DNA of 64,000 nucleotides from Escherichia coli (GTDB lineage Bacteria; Pseudomonadota; Gammaproteobacteria; Enterobacterales; Enterobacteriaceae): NCBI RefSeq assembly GCF_003018255.1, contig NZ_CP027440.1; one strand, 5' to 3'. Shown piece by piece: positions 25,005 to 33,738 of this stretch (position 1 is its first letter; each line of letters starts with the position of its first letter). The notes under the pieces were generated by a model. It saw only the letters and a program-made list of their open reading frames with translations, ran no database searches and was not told where the DNA came from. The position numbers and the translations under genes were made by a program.

Positions 25005-25448
25005 GTGATCGCTGAATTAACGGCAGCAATGACGGCTATTCGTGAAACCGCTCAGATTACAAAACTAATGAACGAGGCAAAAACTCAAGCTGAAGTAAAT
25101 GCGGCTATTGGTGAACTGAACTCAAAGCTTGCATCTATTCAGCACGAATGCGTGTCTCTCGTTGAGCTGGTGAGCACTTATCAAGAAATAAATGCTTCTC
25201 TCAAAGCTAAAATTGCAGAATTTGAAAACTTTGAGGCTCAGACGGAAGGTTATATCCTTAACCAACTTGAGTCGGGAACTTTTGTGTACTCGAAGGAGGT
25301 AACCGTGAACGGCGGCAGCATAATCATGCATCTTTGTCCAAAATGTTTTGGACAAAAGATAGTATCGATACTTCAACCATTCCCGGTTAGAGAACATGAG
25401 TTTTTCATAAAAGCAGGTGCCTCTACTGTGAAAATCAGTTTCTTATGA
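25005..25448 (+). CDS. hypothetical coiled-coil protein with C-terminal CxxC zinc-ribbon-like motif, encoded opposite to the early-left operon
   Basis: ORF 24963-25448; probable GTG start at 25005 or ATG at 25029; predicted coiled coil (...KAKIAEFENFEAQTEG...) and HLCPKCFGQK. Confidence 0.5.
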   Translation: MIAELTAAMTAIRETAQITKLMNEAKTQAEVNAAIGELNSKLASIQHECVSLVELVSTYQEINASLKAKIAEFENFEAQTEGYILNQLESGTFVYSKEVTVNGGSIIMHLCPKCFGQKIVSILQPFPVREHEFFIKAGASTVKISFL

Positions 25449-25632
25449 ATAAAAATCCGGATTATGTATCGCCTCCATCTATTGAGGAGTTGGCCAGAAA
25501 ACTGAACGGCAATCTGTAGATTGTTACTGTTATGGATATCCAGATTGTTAAAGAGCATGCCGGATGCTTGCTTGTGTCCGGCGCGTGTGCACCAGTTCTC
25601 CCCGTGGAGGATTCCTTAACTACCAGACTTCA

Positions 25633-25785
25633 TTAGTCAGAGTTTCTTGCTAACCAGCGACGCGCGCCAGCTTCAGTTTTAAACGTTTTGCTTCTGGTAT
25701 ACGTCATCGCGGTAAACGTGCCGTCCTGGTTGGGGAATACTCCGCATACCAGAGATTCGTTGTTGCCAAGATTGAGCGTATCCAT
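25633..25785 (-). CDS. hypothetical 50 aa protein (below ORF-track cutoff)
   Basis: ATG preceded by GAGG at 6 nt; translation MDTLNLGNNESLVCGVFPNQDGTFTAMTYTRSKTFKTEAGARRWLARNSD; first gene after the repressor in leftward direction. Confidence 0.35.
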   Translation of the reverse strand: MDTLNLGNNESLVCGVFPNQDGTFTAMTYTRSKTFKTEAGARRWLARNSD

Positions 25786-26080
25786 GTTGACCTCATTTGC
25801 CCTTAACGCCGGGTCGCGGAACTAAAAACCTGCTGCGCTGTTATACAAAGTGTTCCCGCCGTCATGTTCATACGCCTCGGGCTGGCTACTTAACCCCTGA
25901 CCACTGCCTGGTAACTCGAAGTATTGCCTGGCGTTCTGTGGGGCGGGGTGGGTTGGTGATATAATGTACCTGCTGTTCATTAATGTAAAGTACTTTTAGT
26001 ACATTTTTGTGAGAGGTAAAATATCAGGAGGGGATGAGAGGAGCATAAACCCGGAGGGAAGCTACCGGATTTATGCAGAT

Positions 26081-26500
26081 TCAGGAGGCTTTTTGTTTTT
26101 TCTTTCGCGCTAATTCTTCATAAATTGCGTTGTACTTCTGTTTTTTCTCCTCAAGAGTTTTTAAAAGTTCATCAGTTTCACTGTCAGGGAGTTCATCAAG
26201 AAGTTCAATGATGATTTTTTGCTTCGGACTTAACTCCTGATAGAAACGCAGGCTTCCGCTTTCTTCAGTGTCCTCCCCCAGAAGGTAAGTTGGTGTTGTT
26301 CCGATAAGTGCTGCCAATTCTTTCAGTTTCTCTCGACGGGGAATTGCCTCTCCATTAAACCATTTACTAACCGCTTTGGGTGTTAGCTTCATTCGACGGG
26401 CAATTTCTGCCTGCCTTCCGTGTTGTTCAAAGCCAGCATTTTCACAGGCTAGCGCAAGCCTGCTGGCGAACTCTTTACGCGCTTCATCTTCATGAACCAT
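26081..26500 (-). CDS. prophage repressor, XRE-family HTH, no S24 peptidase domain (RacR-like)
   Basis: 139 aa; N-terminal HTH (QAEIARRMKLTPKAVSKWFNGEAIP); C-terminus is acidic/lysine-rich coiled coil; divergent from a cro-like gene. Confidence 0.75.
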   Translation of the reverse strand: MVHEDEARKEFASRLALACENAGFEQHGRQAEIARRMKLTPKAVSKWFNGEAIPRREKLKELAALIGTTPTYLLGEDTEESGSLRFYQELSPKQKIIIELLDELPDSETDELLKTLEEKKQKYNAIYEELARKKKQKAS

Positions 26501-26579
26501 AAGTTCAATGATATTTGCTATTGAATGTACTGTCAGTTCTGTTATATTGTGTACTCAAAGTTCACATTGTGAGGGTGAT
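26501..26579. promoter_or_regulatory. divergent promoter/operator region between repressor and cro-like gene
   Basis: 79 bp with repeated TGTACT-containing dyads (TTGAATGTACTGTCAG, TTGTGTACTCAAAG). Confidence 0.5.
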
Positions 26580-26846
26580 ATGAGCCATACAACACTTGCA
26601 GATGTAATCAAAGCAGTTCGCGTTTCTGTTGTAGCCGATGTTTGCGGTGTCAGCCAAAGAGCAATCTACAAATGGATGAATAATGGAAAATTACCGCGCA
26701 CAGAATATACAGGCGAAACAAATTACGCTGAAAAAATTGCTCTGGCATCAAACGGATTATTTTCTGCTGATGCGGTTTTGACTATTGGCAGGATTAAGCC
26801 TACAGCGAATGAATCACTGGCGGTGAACAATGAAAATCACCCCTGA
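26580..26846 (+). CDS. Cro-like HTH protein (YdaS-like)
   Basis: Start at MSHTTLADVIKAV with GAGGGTGA RBS; HTH GVSQRAIYKWMNNGKLP; divergent from repressor. Confidence 0.7.
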   Translation: MSHTTLADVIKAVRVSVVADVCGVSQRAIYKWMNNGKLPRTEYTGETNYAEKIALASNGLFSADAVLTIGRIKPTANESLAVNNENHP

Positions 26847-27381
26847 ACAGGTTTGTGAGGCTCTGGATGCCTGGGTATGCCGACCAGGAATGACACAGGA
26901 GCAGGCGACGATATTAATCACGGAAGCATTCTGGGCTCTGAAAGAACGCCCGAACATCGATGTTCAACGCGTCACGTTTAATGATGGCGAGGTTGATCAA
27001 CGGGCGCTGGGCGTTAATCGAGTGAAGATATTCGAACGCTGGAAGGCTATCGACACCAGGGATAAGCGTGAAAAATTCACGGCGCTGATTCCGGCAATTA
27101 TGGAGGCTATCCGGGTAAGTGATTTCAGGTTGTATTGTGAAATTACTGACGGAAAAAGCATTACGTACATGATCGCCGGGTTAAACAAAGAGTATGGCGA
27201 TGTGGTGGAGTCCGGGCTGCTTTTTGCGGATCCAGTTGTTGTGGAACGTGAGACTGATGAGCTTATAGAAAAAGCCATTGCTTTCAAGCGTGCGTATCGT
27301 CAGCAATACCAACATTACTTTGCAGATAAACAAATATCTGTCTGGGGTTCGTATGAGTATCGATGCACTACGATGGGCTAA
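26830..27381 (+). CDS. YdaT-like regulatory protein (CII-position gene)
   Basis: 183 aa, overlaps cro-like stop; position and size fit the RacR-YdaS-YdaT module. Confidence 0.5.
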   Translation: MKITPEQVCEALDAWVCRPGMTQEQATILITEAFWALKERPNIDVQRVTFNDGEVDQRALGVNRVKIFERWKAIDTRDKREKFTALIPAIMEAIRVSDFRLYCEITDGKSITYMIAGLNKEYGDVVESGLLFADPVVVERETDELIEKAIAFKRAYRQQYQHYFADKQISVWGSYEYRCTTMG

Positions 27382-28390
27382 AAAGGTGAAAACCGGCAGT
27401 TCATCCAGTAAGTCAGTATTGACCTGGCTTGCTGATATGTGCGGTGCCGATTTGTGCGCATACCCGTCTATATCTGCACTGGCAGAAGTAACGGAACTGA
27501 ACAAAAAGACTGTGCAGGACAGTTTACGACACCTGATGGAGATTGGGTTAATTGTTGATACTGGTGAGAGAAAAGGCAGAACAAAGCAAATTGTGGTGTA
27601 CCGACTTATCGGTGTAGAAGAAAGTGTTGCCGAGCCTGAATACACCCAAAAACGGGAGTCTTTAAAGGTGGGTAAAATTGGTACTGTTAATAAAAATAGT
27701 ACCGAAAATGGTTATGTTTCAGCACAAAACAGACCCAAAAACGGAACTCTTAGCTGCATGGAAAATAACCAAAGACACCCAAATTTTCCATCAAAGACAC
27801 CCAAAAACGGATCACGGAACCCAAAGGAACCCAAAGATCTAAACCCCACACATAACGCACGCGAGAGTGCTCCGACCAGTGAGCAGGAAGTTTTGTCGTT
27901 ACAGGCAGCGCCCCCTGTATTCTTGGATGGCCTGAGCGAACCCATCGGGAAATTTTCGATGACTACTGTCTGGCAGCCGTCGCTGGATTTTCGACAACGG
28001 GCAGTAGTGTGGGGTATGGCTCTGCCTGAGCCGGAATTTACACCTGCTGAGCTTGCCGCATTCCGGGATTACTGGATGGCGGAGGGGAAGGTTTTCACGC
28101 AGGTTCAGTGGGAGCAGAAATTTGCCCGTCACGTGCAGCACGTCAGGGCACAGGTAAAACCAGTCAGCAAGGGGGTAAGCCATGCAGCATCAGGTGGCAC
28201 GGCATCACGGGCAGTTCAGGAAATCCGGGCAGCACGCGAACAGTGGGAACGTGAAAACGGATTTATCAGCAACGGAAACGGCCTGGAAGCTGTGGGAGCT
28301 TATGGGGGAGGTGTATTCGAACCGCTGGACTCAGAAGAATGGGGCCGCACCTTCGAAGCTCTGGATTGCCCAGATTGGTGCGATGACTGA
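27353..28390 (+). CDS. replication initiation protein (lambda O-like role, N-terminal winged-helix domain)
   Basis: Start MSIDALRWAKKV...; HTH-like segment LNKKTVQDSLRHLMEIGLI; position before P-like gene. Confidence 0.6.
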   Translation: MSIDALRWAKKVKTGSSSSKSVLTWLADMCGADLCAYPSISALAEVTELNKKTVQDSLRHLMEIGLIVDTGERKGRTKQIVVYRLIGVEESVAEPEYTQKRESLKVGKIGTVNKNSTENGYVSAQNRPKNGTLSCMENNQRHPNFPSKTPKNGSRNPKEPKDLNPTHNARESAPTSEQEVLSLQAAPPVFLDGLSEPIGKFSMTTVWQPSLDFRQRAVVWGMALPEPEFTPAELAAFRDYWMAEGKVFTQVQWEQKFARHVQHVRAQVKPVSKGVSHAASGGTASRAVQEIRAAREQWERENGFISNGNGLEAVGAYGGGVFEPLDSEEWGRTFEALDCPDWCDD

Positions 28391-28844
28391 ACAGCAAATC
28401 CGTCTGGTCTGCCGTCAGTGCATGGACCGCTGCCGGGCGGGTGAAACGTGGCCCCCGGACCTGGCTGAGTTTGTTGCGCTGATTTCGGAGAGTGGGGCAA
28501 ATCCATTTGGTCTTACGGTGGATGCCGTGATGGAAGAGTACCGGCGCTGGCGCAATGAATCCTGGCGATACGACGGGAGTGATAAATACCCGTGGCCACA
28601 GCCTGTGCTGTACCACATCTGCCTCGAAATGCGTACCAGAGGGATTGAGCGCCAGATGACGCAGGGTGAGTTAAAACGACTTGCGGAACGGCAACTGACG
28701 AAATGGGCAAAGCATGTTGGTAACGGGATGAGTGTTCCGCCAGTGCGACGACAACTGGAAGGGGCGAAACACCCGAAAGGGCCAACGCCAATTGAACGGC
28801 TGAAACAGGAATACGAACGCCGGAAGGCTGCTGGTTTTGTTTGA
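28302..28844 (+). CDS. replication protein P-like (helicase loader, lambda P C-terminal region similarity)
   Basis: Segment ...ESWRYDGSDKYPWPQPVLYHICLEMRTRG...QGELKRLAERQL parallels lambda P ...DAESYPWKSNAHYWLVTNLYQNMR...DAELRRKAADEL; start uncertain (28182, 28302 or 28383). Confidence 0.5.
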   Translation: MGEVYSNRWTQKNGAAPSKLWIAQIGAMTEQQIRLVCRQCMDRCRAGETWPPDLAEFVALISESGANPFGLTVDAVMEEYRRWRNESWRYDGSDKYPWPQPVLYHICLEMRTRGIERQMTQGELKRLAERQLTKWAKHVGNGMSVPPVRRQLEGAKHPKGPTPIERLKQEYERRKAAGFV

Positions 28845-28859
28845 ATCTGGGAAACGATT

Positions 28860-29594
28860 TTGTCGGAGGAAATTTTAATGGAAACCGTATTTGACGCACT
28901 GAAAGCACTGAAAAGAGCCTCTTCACAGGTAGTGGCGGCCCGCCTTGGAATCAGCCGTGAAGATGCGGTCAACGAACTGTGGAAACTGAAGCGCCGTGGT
29001 GAAGCGGATAACAAGGGGTCGATGTGGTGGCTGACTCAGGCAGGTGAAAGTGAACCAGTGTCACCGGTACCGAAAGTGACAGCGCAAATGCTGACTGAGG
29101 CGATTGAACAACATGGCCCACAAACGGCGGATGAGCTGGCACTTATGTTCGGGATTACCTCCCGCCGGGCGAATTCATCGCTGGCCATGGCAATCAGCAA
29201 AGGGCGTCTGATTCGCGTAAATCAGGGCGGTAAATTTCGTTACTGCATACCGGGCGCTGATTTACCGGCAGAGCCGGAAGCTGCATCCGTAGCGGAAACC
29301 GATGGTAAAGCCTTTCCTCAGCCAGCAGGTGTTGCGTTACCAGTCCAGGAAACGACGACACAGGAAGAAATGAAAACAGAAATCGTGGAAGACATTGTGA
29401 AGTTACAGCCATCGGTCACCGAAACGAAAGCAGATGACCTGATTCTACCATCGCTGCATGTGGCTAACCGCGAGCTGCGCCGGGCAAAAGGTCAGGTTCA
29501 GAAGTGGGAGCGAGTCTGCGCCGCGCTGCGGGAGCTGAACAAGTGCCGGGATATTCTCCGGGATATTACCGCCACCAGAGAACAGCAGCGGTGA
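28860..29594 (+). CDS. hypothetical protein
   Basis: 244 aa ORF in the nin-like region; two HTH-like segments. Confidence 0.5.
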   Translation: MSEEILMETVFDALKALKRASSQVVAARLGISREDAVNELWKLKRRGEADNKGSMWWLTQAGESEPVSPVPKVTAQMLTEAIEQHGPQTADELALMFGITSRRANSSLAMAISKGRLIRVNQGGKFRYCIPGADLPAEPEAASVAETDGKAFPQPAGVALPVQETTTQEEMKTEIVEDIVKLQPSVTETKADDLILPSLHVANRELRRAKGQVQKWERVCAALRELNKCRDILRDITATREQQR

Positions 29595-29908
29595 GTGGGT
29601 GGAAGACGTGGTGCCGGGCTGAAATTCTGATACTCCGGCAGTGCGCGGGAACAATGAAGGTAAAAAGCATTGGCGCACTTATCGGACGAACTGAAGCGGC
29701 AGTGAGAACGAAGGCACGGGAGTTGGGCATCAGCATGATGTTACGTGGTGATTTTCACCCGTCGGCAAAATATTCTCAGCGTGATATTGAGCTGGCGCGG
29801 CAACTGCATCAGAGAGGCATGCAAAGAAGGGAAATTGCCAGAAAATTAGGCATGCCGCTGCGCATAGTGAATAACTACGTTTATTTCGACAGGAGGGTTC
29901 AGGCGTGA
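29591..29908 (+). CDS. hypothetical small DNA-binding-like protein
   Basis: GTG start overlapping previous stop (alternative ATG at 29654); basic C-terminal region. Confidence 0.4.
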   Translation: MSGWKTWCRAEILILRQCAGTMKVKSIGALIGRTEAAVRTKARELGISMMLRGDFHPSAKYSQRDIELARQLHQRGMQRREIARKLGMPLRIVNNYVYFDRRVQA

Positions 29909-30210
29909 GGGTGAGCATTTATATCGCCGGTCCAATGACGGGATATGAAAATTTCAACCGCGAGGCGTTTCACAGGGCGGAAGAAGCACTGAAACGGGAA
30001 GGGCATACCGTTTTAAACCCGGCAGTACTTCCGGACGGGCTGACTCAGCCGCAGTACATGGATATTTGCATGGCAATGATTCGTTGTGTGGATGCGGTTT
30101 ATATGCTGAAAGGCTGGCAGCGATCGGCAGGCGCTAAGGCAGAACTGGCACTGGCGGAGAAACTGGGACATGCGGTTATTTTCCAGGAGGCAACCAGTGA
30201 GCGAAATTAA
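29905..30210 (+). CDS. DUF4406 / nucleoside 2-deoxyribosyltransferase-like protein
   Basis: 101 aa starting [22 protein letters not shown], typical of this phage family. Confidence 0.6.
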   Translation: MRVSIYIAGPMTGYENFNREAFHRAEEALKREGHTVLNPAVLPDGLTQPQYMDICMAMIRCVDAVYMLKGWQRSAGAKAELALAEKLGHAVIFQEATSERN

Positions 30211-30359
30211 TTACCAGGAGCTACGGCAGGTGAAAGAGAAAGCATAATCCAGATCTGAATAATTAAAATCAGCACTGTAAATAAAATTTAATCCTTAACC
30301 GGAGGGATTTCTGCACCCTCAGAACATCAGGAGACCGCCAGAAAGGGCGGTAATGAAAA

Positions 30360-30728
30360 ATGACTGAATTAACAAAAGAGCAATTAATCAAAGAAGCCAA
30401 ATTAAAAATAGCGGTTGCGAAATGTTACCCTAATTCAGAGATGGCCAGGGTAGAGGGAGAGCTATTCAAAATTGCACTGGCATCGCTGGAGGCGGTTCCG
30501 GTGGCATGGCTGCATTCAGACAATGGCCTGGGTATTCCAGCAATAACCAGGAGTAAAAACGTTGCTGATAGTTGGTTATCAAAGGGCTGGTATGTTCAGC
30601 CGTTATATGTAGCCCAACCTGTACCGGTGGTGCCGGATGCTCGTCCATCTTTAAATAATGGCATTGTCGGATTTGATGAAGGCTGGAATGCCTGCCGGGA
30701 TGCCATGCTTAATGGAGATAAATCATGA
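30360..30728 (+). CDS. hypothetical protein
   Basis: 122 aa ORF, stop overlaps next gene start. Confidence 0.45.
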   Translation: MTELTKEQLIKEAKLKIAVAKCYPNSEMARVEGELFKIALASLEAVPVAWLHSDNGLGIPAITRSKNVADSWLSKGWYVQPLYVAQPVPVVPDARPSLNNGIVGFDEGWNACRDAMLNGDKS

Positions 30729-31426
30729 TTAATCGTATCAAACTGGAGCACATCCTCGAATATGCCGGGCAGCAGAGGCATATTGGTCAGCATTGTAAAA
30801 TTCCACCAGGAGATATGGTTGAAATCATGGAGATTGCCATGCGCAAGGCTGGCAACCCTCCGGTAACTCCGGGGCGTTTGCCTGGCGGTTTCACCATTGA
30901 GGAGGCGAAGGAGTTACATGAAGACCTGGTGCGCAGCCACATAAGCAAGGCTTTAAGTGGCGAAAAGATGAAGAAGAAGGATCTCGATGCTGATTTGCGC
31001 TGGATCCATGGGGTTATAGTCCAGGCCGCTTGGTTTGTAAAAGCATCACTGGAGCAGAATGTGCTAACGGGTAACTCTCAGGTAATCCCTGATGACGGTC
31101 GCGAACAGTTTGAAACACTTATCAGGTTCCATGCAGATGATAAAAACCATGAAACATTATTGCTTCGTGCTAACGAAGGGATGAATTACCGGGATCCAAA
31201 TGTGGATTTGGCATGGATATTCTGGAAATCCAGTCGAGAGCACATATTGCCTGGAAAAAGCGACAATAATCCAGCATCAGGCGATCAGGTAAGTGAATTA
31301 ACAATGTGGGTGAAGCGGTTATCTCATTCCTTAAAAAGCGTTAATAAATCAAGCAAACTACCGGATAAAGCGATGGACTACCTGAAGCGAAACGGACTGA
31401 TAAACGAGGAGAATATTTTACGATGA
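30725..31426 (+). CDS. hypothetical protein
   Basis: 233 aa ORF translationally coupled to upstream and downstream ORFs. Confidence 0.5.
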   Translation: MINRIKLEHILEYAGQQRHIGQHCKIPPGDMVEIMEIAMRKAGNPPVTPGRLPGGFTIEEAKELHEDLVRSHISKALSGEKMKKKDLDADLRWIHGVIVQAAWFVKASLEQNVLTGNSQVIPDDGREQFETLIRFHADDKNHETLLLRANEGMNYRDPNVDLAWIFWKSSREHILPGKSDNNPASGDQVSELTMWVKRLSHSLKSVNKSSKLPDKAMDYLKRNGLINEENILR

Positions 31427-31506
31427 CCTGGCCTGAAGCGTTCATAACGGTAGGAATTGCAATGGCGGTGGCGCTGGTGGTGTATTCGATTTGCCGCTGG
31501 GGATAA
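31423..31506 (+). CDS. 27 aa hydrophobic peptide (below ORF-track cutoff)
   Basis: ATGA overlap with upstream stop; translation MTWPEAFITVGIAMAVALVVYSICRWG, a single TM helix. Confidence 0.3.
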   Translation: MTWPEAFITVGIAMAVALVVYSICRWG

Positions 31507-31599
31507 AAACGGTTTGCGGGGAAAGAAGAGTTAAGTAGAATTGCTGCGGGTGCTTGAGGCTGTCTGCCTCGGGCATGCCGCCGTAAGGCAGACAGAGAA

Positions 31600-31700
31600 A
31601 AGCCCCAGTTAACATTACGCGTCTTGCAGGACGCTTAACATTAATCTGAGGCCCAATCTATGCTTCACAAACGTAGGTTAGCCTCTTACGTGCCGAAAGG
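31600..31700 (-). ncRNA. putative Sok-like antisense RNA region (approximate)
   Basis: Inferred from hok-locus organisation only; promoter not identified. Confidence 0.2.
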
Positions 31701-31716
31701 CAAGGAGAAGCAGGCT

Positions 31717-31872
31717 ATGAAGCAGCAAAAGGCGATGTTAATCGCCCTGATCGTCATCTGTATTACCGTTGTTGTGACGGCACTGGTAACGAGGAAAGAC
31801 CTCTGCGAGGTACGAATCCGAACCGGCCAGACGGAGGTCGCTGTCTTCGTAGACTACGAATCTGAGAAGTAA
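31717..31872 (+). CDS. hokD: Hok/Gef-family type I toxin (HokD/RelF-like)
   Basis: MKQQKAMLIALIVICITVVVTALVTRKDLCEVRIRTGQTEVAVFVDYESEK, near-identical to recalled HokD/RelF; AAGGAG RBS; structured leader and 3' fold-back region. Confidence 0.85.
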   Translation: MKQQKAMLIALIVICITVVVTALVTRKDLCEVRIRTGQTEVAVFVDYESEK

Positions 31873-32039
31873 GAGTGACCAAGCGAGGGAGAAATCCCTC
31901 GCCACCTCTGATGTGTCAGGCATCCTCAACGCACCCGCACTTACCCCGTTCGGCAGACTTTGTTTTTTCCTGGCATTCTGGTTTACAATTCGCACGTCAG
32001 CCTGAACAACTGGCACCTGCTGCGTCACCGGAGAACCCG

Positions 32040-32312
32040 ATGGCGCAACATATAAAATCCCACAATTCTGAAGTCGATCCGGCCATTAAGCGGGGGCGGC
32101 GTTCGCACGTATTTAAAACTGACTGGTACCAGCATCCCCCATGCACTGAAGAACAGGCCGAATGGCTGATCCAGTGTTACCGCAGGCGCGGATATGAGTT
32201 TGAGAAAGCCCTCAGCCTCGATTATCGTCACTGGATAATCTCCGTCAGGCTCCCTTATTCCGAACGCCCACCGCGTCCGTCCCGCACATTCCAGCAGCGC
32301 ATCTGGAGGTAA
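32040..32312 (+). CDS. hypothetical protein (Rem-like by position)
   Basis: 90 aa from MAQHIKSHNSEV with GGAG RBS; sits between hok and the YdfU-like gene as rem does in Qin. Confidence 0.4.
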   Translation: MAQHIKSHNSEVDPAIKRGRRSHVFKTDWYQHPPCTEEQAEWLIQCYRRRGYEFEKALSLDYRHWIISVRLPYSERPPRPSRTFQQRIWR

Positions 32313-32313
32313 C

Positions 32314-33363
32314 GTGCGGGTATTACTTCGACCTGTTCTGGTACCGGAACTCGGTCTGGTTATCGTTAAGCCAGGCCGTGAATCAATGTCAGCATTCCAT
32401 AACGGCAGAATATTGGTGGAGGCGGAACCGAAAAACATGCGCGATCTGCCGTCCGGAGTCGTTCCTGCCGTTCGCCAGCCGCTGGCAGAGGATAAAACAT
32501 TACTGCCATTTTTCAGCGATGAGCGGGTTATTCGTGCAGCAGGTGGTGCAGGTGCACTGTCTGACTGGTTATTACGTCACGTGAAATCCTGCCAGTGGCC
32601 ACACGGCGATTATCATCACAGCGAAACAGCCATTCACCGTTATGGTACCGGCGCGATGGTGTTGTGCTGGCACTGTGACAACCAGCTGCGCGACCAGACA
32701 TCAGAATCACTCGATCAACTTGCTCAGCAGAATCTGGTTGCCTGGATGATTGATGTCATCCGTCACGCAATAAGCGGTACGCAGGAGAGGGAGTTATCGC
32801 TGGCCGAATTATCCTGGTGGGCGGCCTGCAATCAGGTGGTGGATGCACTACCTGAGGCAGTAGCGCGTCGTTCGCTGGGATTACCAGCGGAAAAAATCCG
32901 CTCCGTATACCGTGAGAGTGACATCGTACCGGGAGAACAGACAGCCATCAGCATACTGAAGCAGCGCACAAAAAATATTGCGCTGCCACTTCACGTCCAC
33001 CAGCAACAAAATCCACCACAGAAAAAAACGGTTGTCAGTATCGCCGTTGATCCGGAGTCTCCTGAATCGTTCATGAGGCGGCCTAAACGTCGCCGTTGGG
33101 TTAATGAGAAATACACGCGCTGGGTAAAGACACAGCCGTGTGCGTGTTGTGGTAAGCCAGCTGACGATCCGCATCACCTGATTGGTCATGGTCAGGGGGG
33201 AGTGGGAACAAAGGCCCACGATATTTTCACGCTACCGTTGTGCCGGGAGCACCACAACGAACTTCATGCAGACCCGCTGAAGTTTGAGAAAAAGTACGGC
33301 TCTCAGATTGAGTTAATTTTTCGTTTTCTTGATCACGCCTTTGCGACTGGCGTGCTCGGGTAA
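32314..33363 (+). CDS. YdfU-like (DUF968) protein with C-terminal HNH-like Cys/His motif
   Basis: 349 aa; GTG start after GGAGG; C-terminal CACCGKPADDPHHLIGHGQGG...LCREHHNELH. Confidence 0.6.
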   Translation: MRVLLRPVLVPELGLVIVKPGRESMSAFHNGRILVEAEPKNMRDLPSGVVPAVRQPLAEDKTLLPFFSDERVIRAAGGAGALSDWLLRHVKSCQWPHGDYHHSETAIHRYGTGAMVLCWHCDNQLRDQTSESLDQLAQQNLVAWMIDVIRHAISGTQERELSLAELSWWAACNQVVDALPEAVARRSLGLPAEKIRSVYRESDIVPGEQTAISILKQRTKNIALPLHVHQQQNPPQKKTVVSIAVDPESPESFMRRPKRRRWVNEKYTRWVKTQPCACCGKPADDPHHLIGHGQGGVGTKAHDIFTLPLCREHHNELHADPLKFEKKYGSQIELIFRFLDHAFATGVLG

Positions 33364-33375
33364 AAGAGGTGACTG

Positions 33376-33738
33376 ATGCTCATAGATTTGGTTTTACCTT
33401 ACCCGCCGACGGTGAACACTTACTGGCGACGCCGTGGCAGCACATATTTTGTATCAAAAGCCGGGGAGCGTTATCGCCGGGCAGTGGCGCTTATTGTTCG
33501 CCAGCAGCGACTGAAATTAAGCCTGTCCGGACGGCTGGCAATAAAAATTATTGCAGAGCCACCGGATAAGCGCCGCCGTGACCTGGACAATATTCTGAAA
33601 GCACCGCTGGATGCGCTGACGCACGCGGGGTTGTTAATGGACGATGAGCAGTTTGATGAAATCAATATTGTACGTGGCAAGCCAGTATCTGGTGGACGGC
33701 TGGAGATAAGAATTACAGAGGTGGGTGTGCATGAATAA
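33376..33738 (+). CDS. rusA: crossover junction endodeoxyribonuclease RusA (Holliday junction resolvase)
   Basis: 120 aa; ...KRRRDLDNILKAPLDALTHAGLLMDDEQ...GGRLEIRITEVG matches RusA signature. Confidence 0.85.
   Translation: MLIDLVLPYPPTVNTYWRRRGSTYFVSKAGERYRRAVALIVRQQRLKLSLSGRLAIKIIAEPPDKRRRDLDNILKAPLDALTHAGLLMDDEQFDEINIVRGKPVSGGRLEIRITEVGVHE

Noticed and set aside
31660-31716. Upstream extension of the hok ORF as a mok gene
   Set aside because: It is in the same frame as hok, whereas a mok-type frame overlaps hok in a different frame; treated as an ORF-finder alternative start.
33369-33569. 66 aa ORF overlapping the rusA start
   Set aside because: Alternative frame inside rusA, whose own frame has the conserved RusA motifs.
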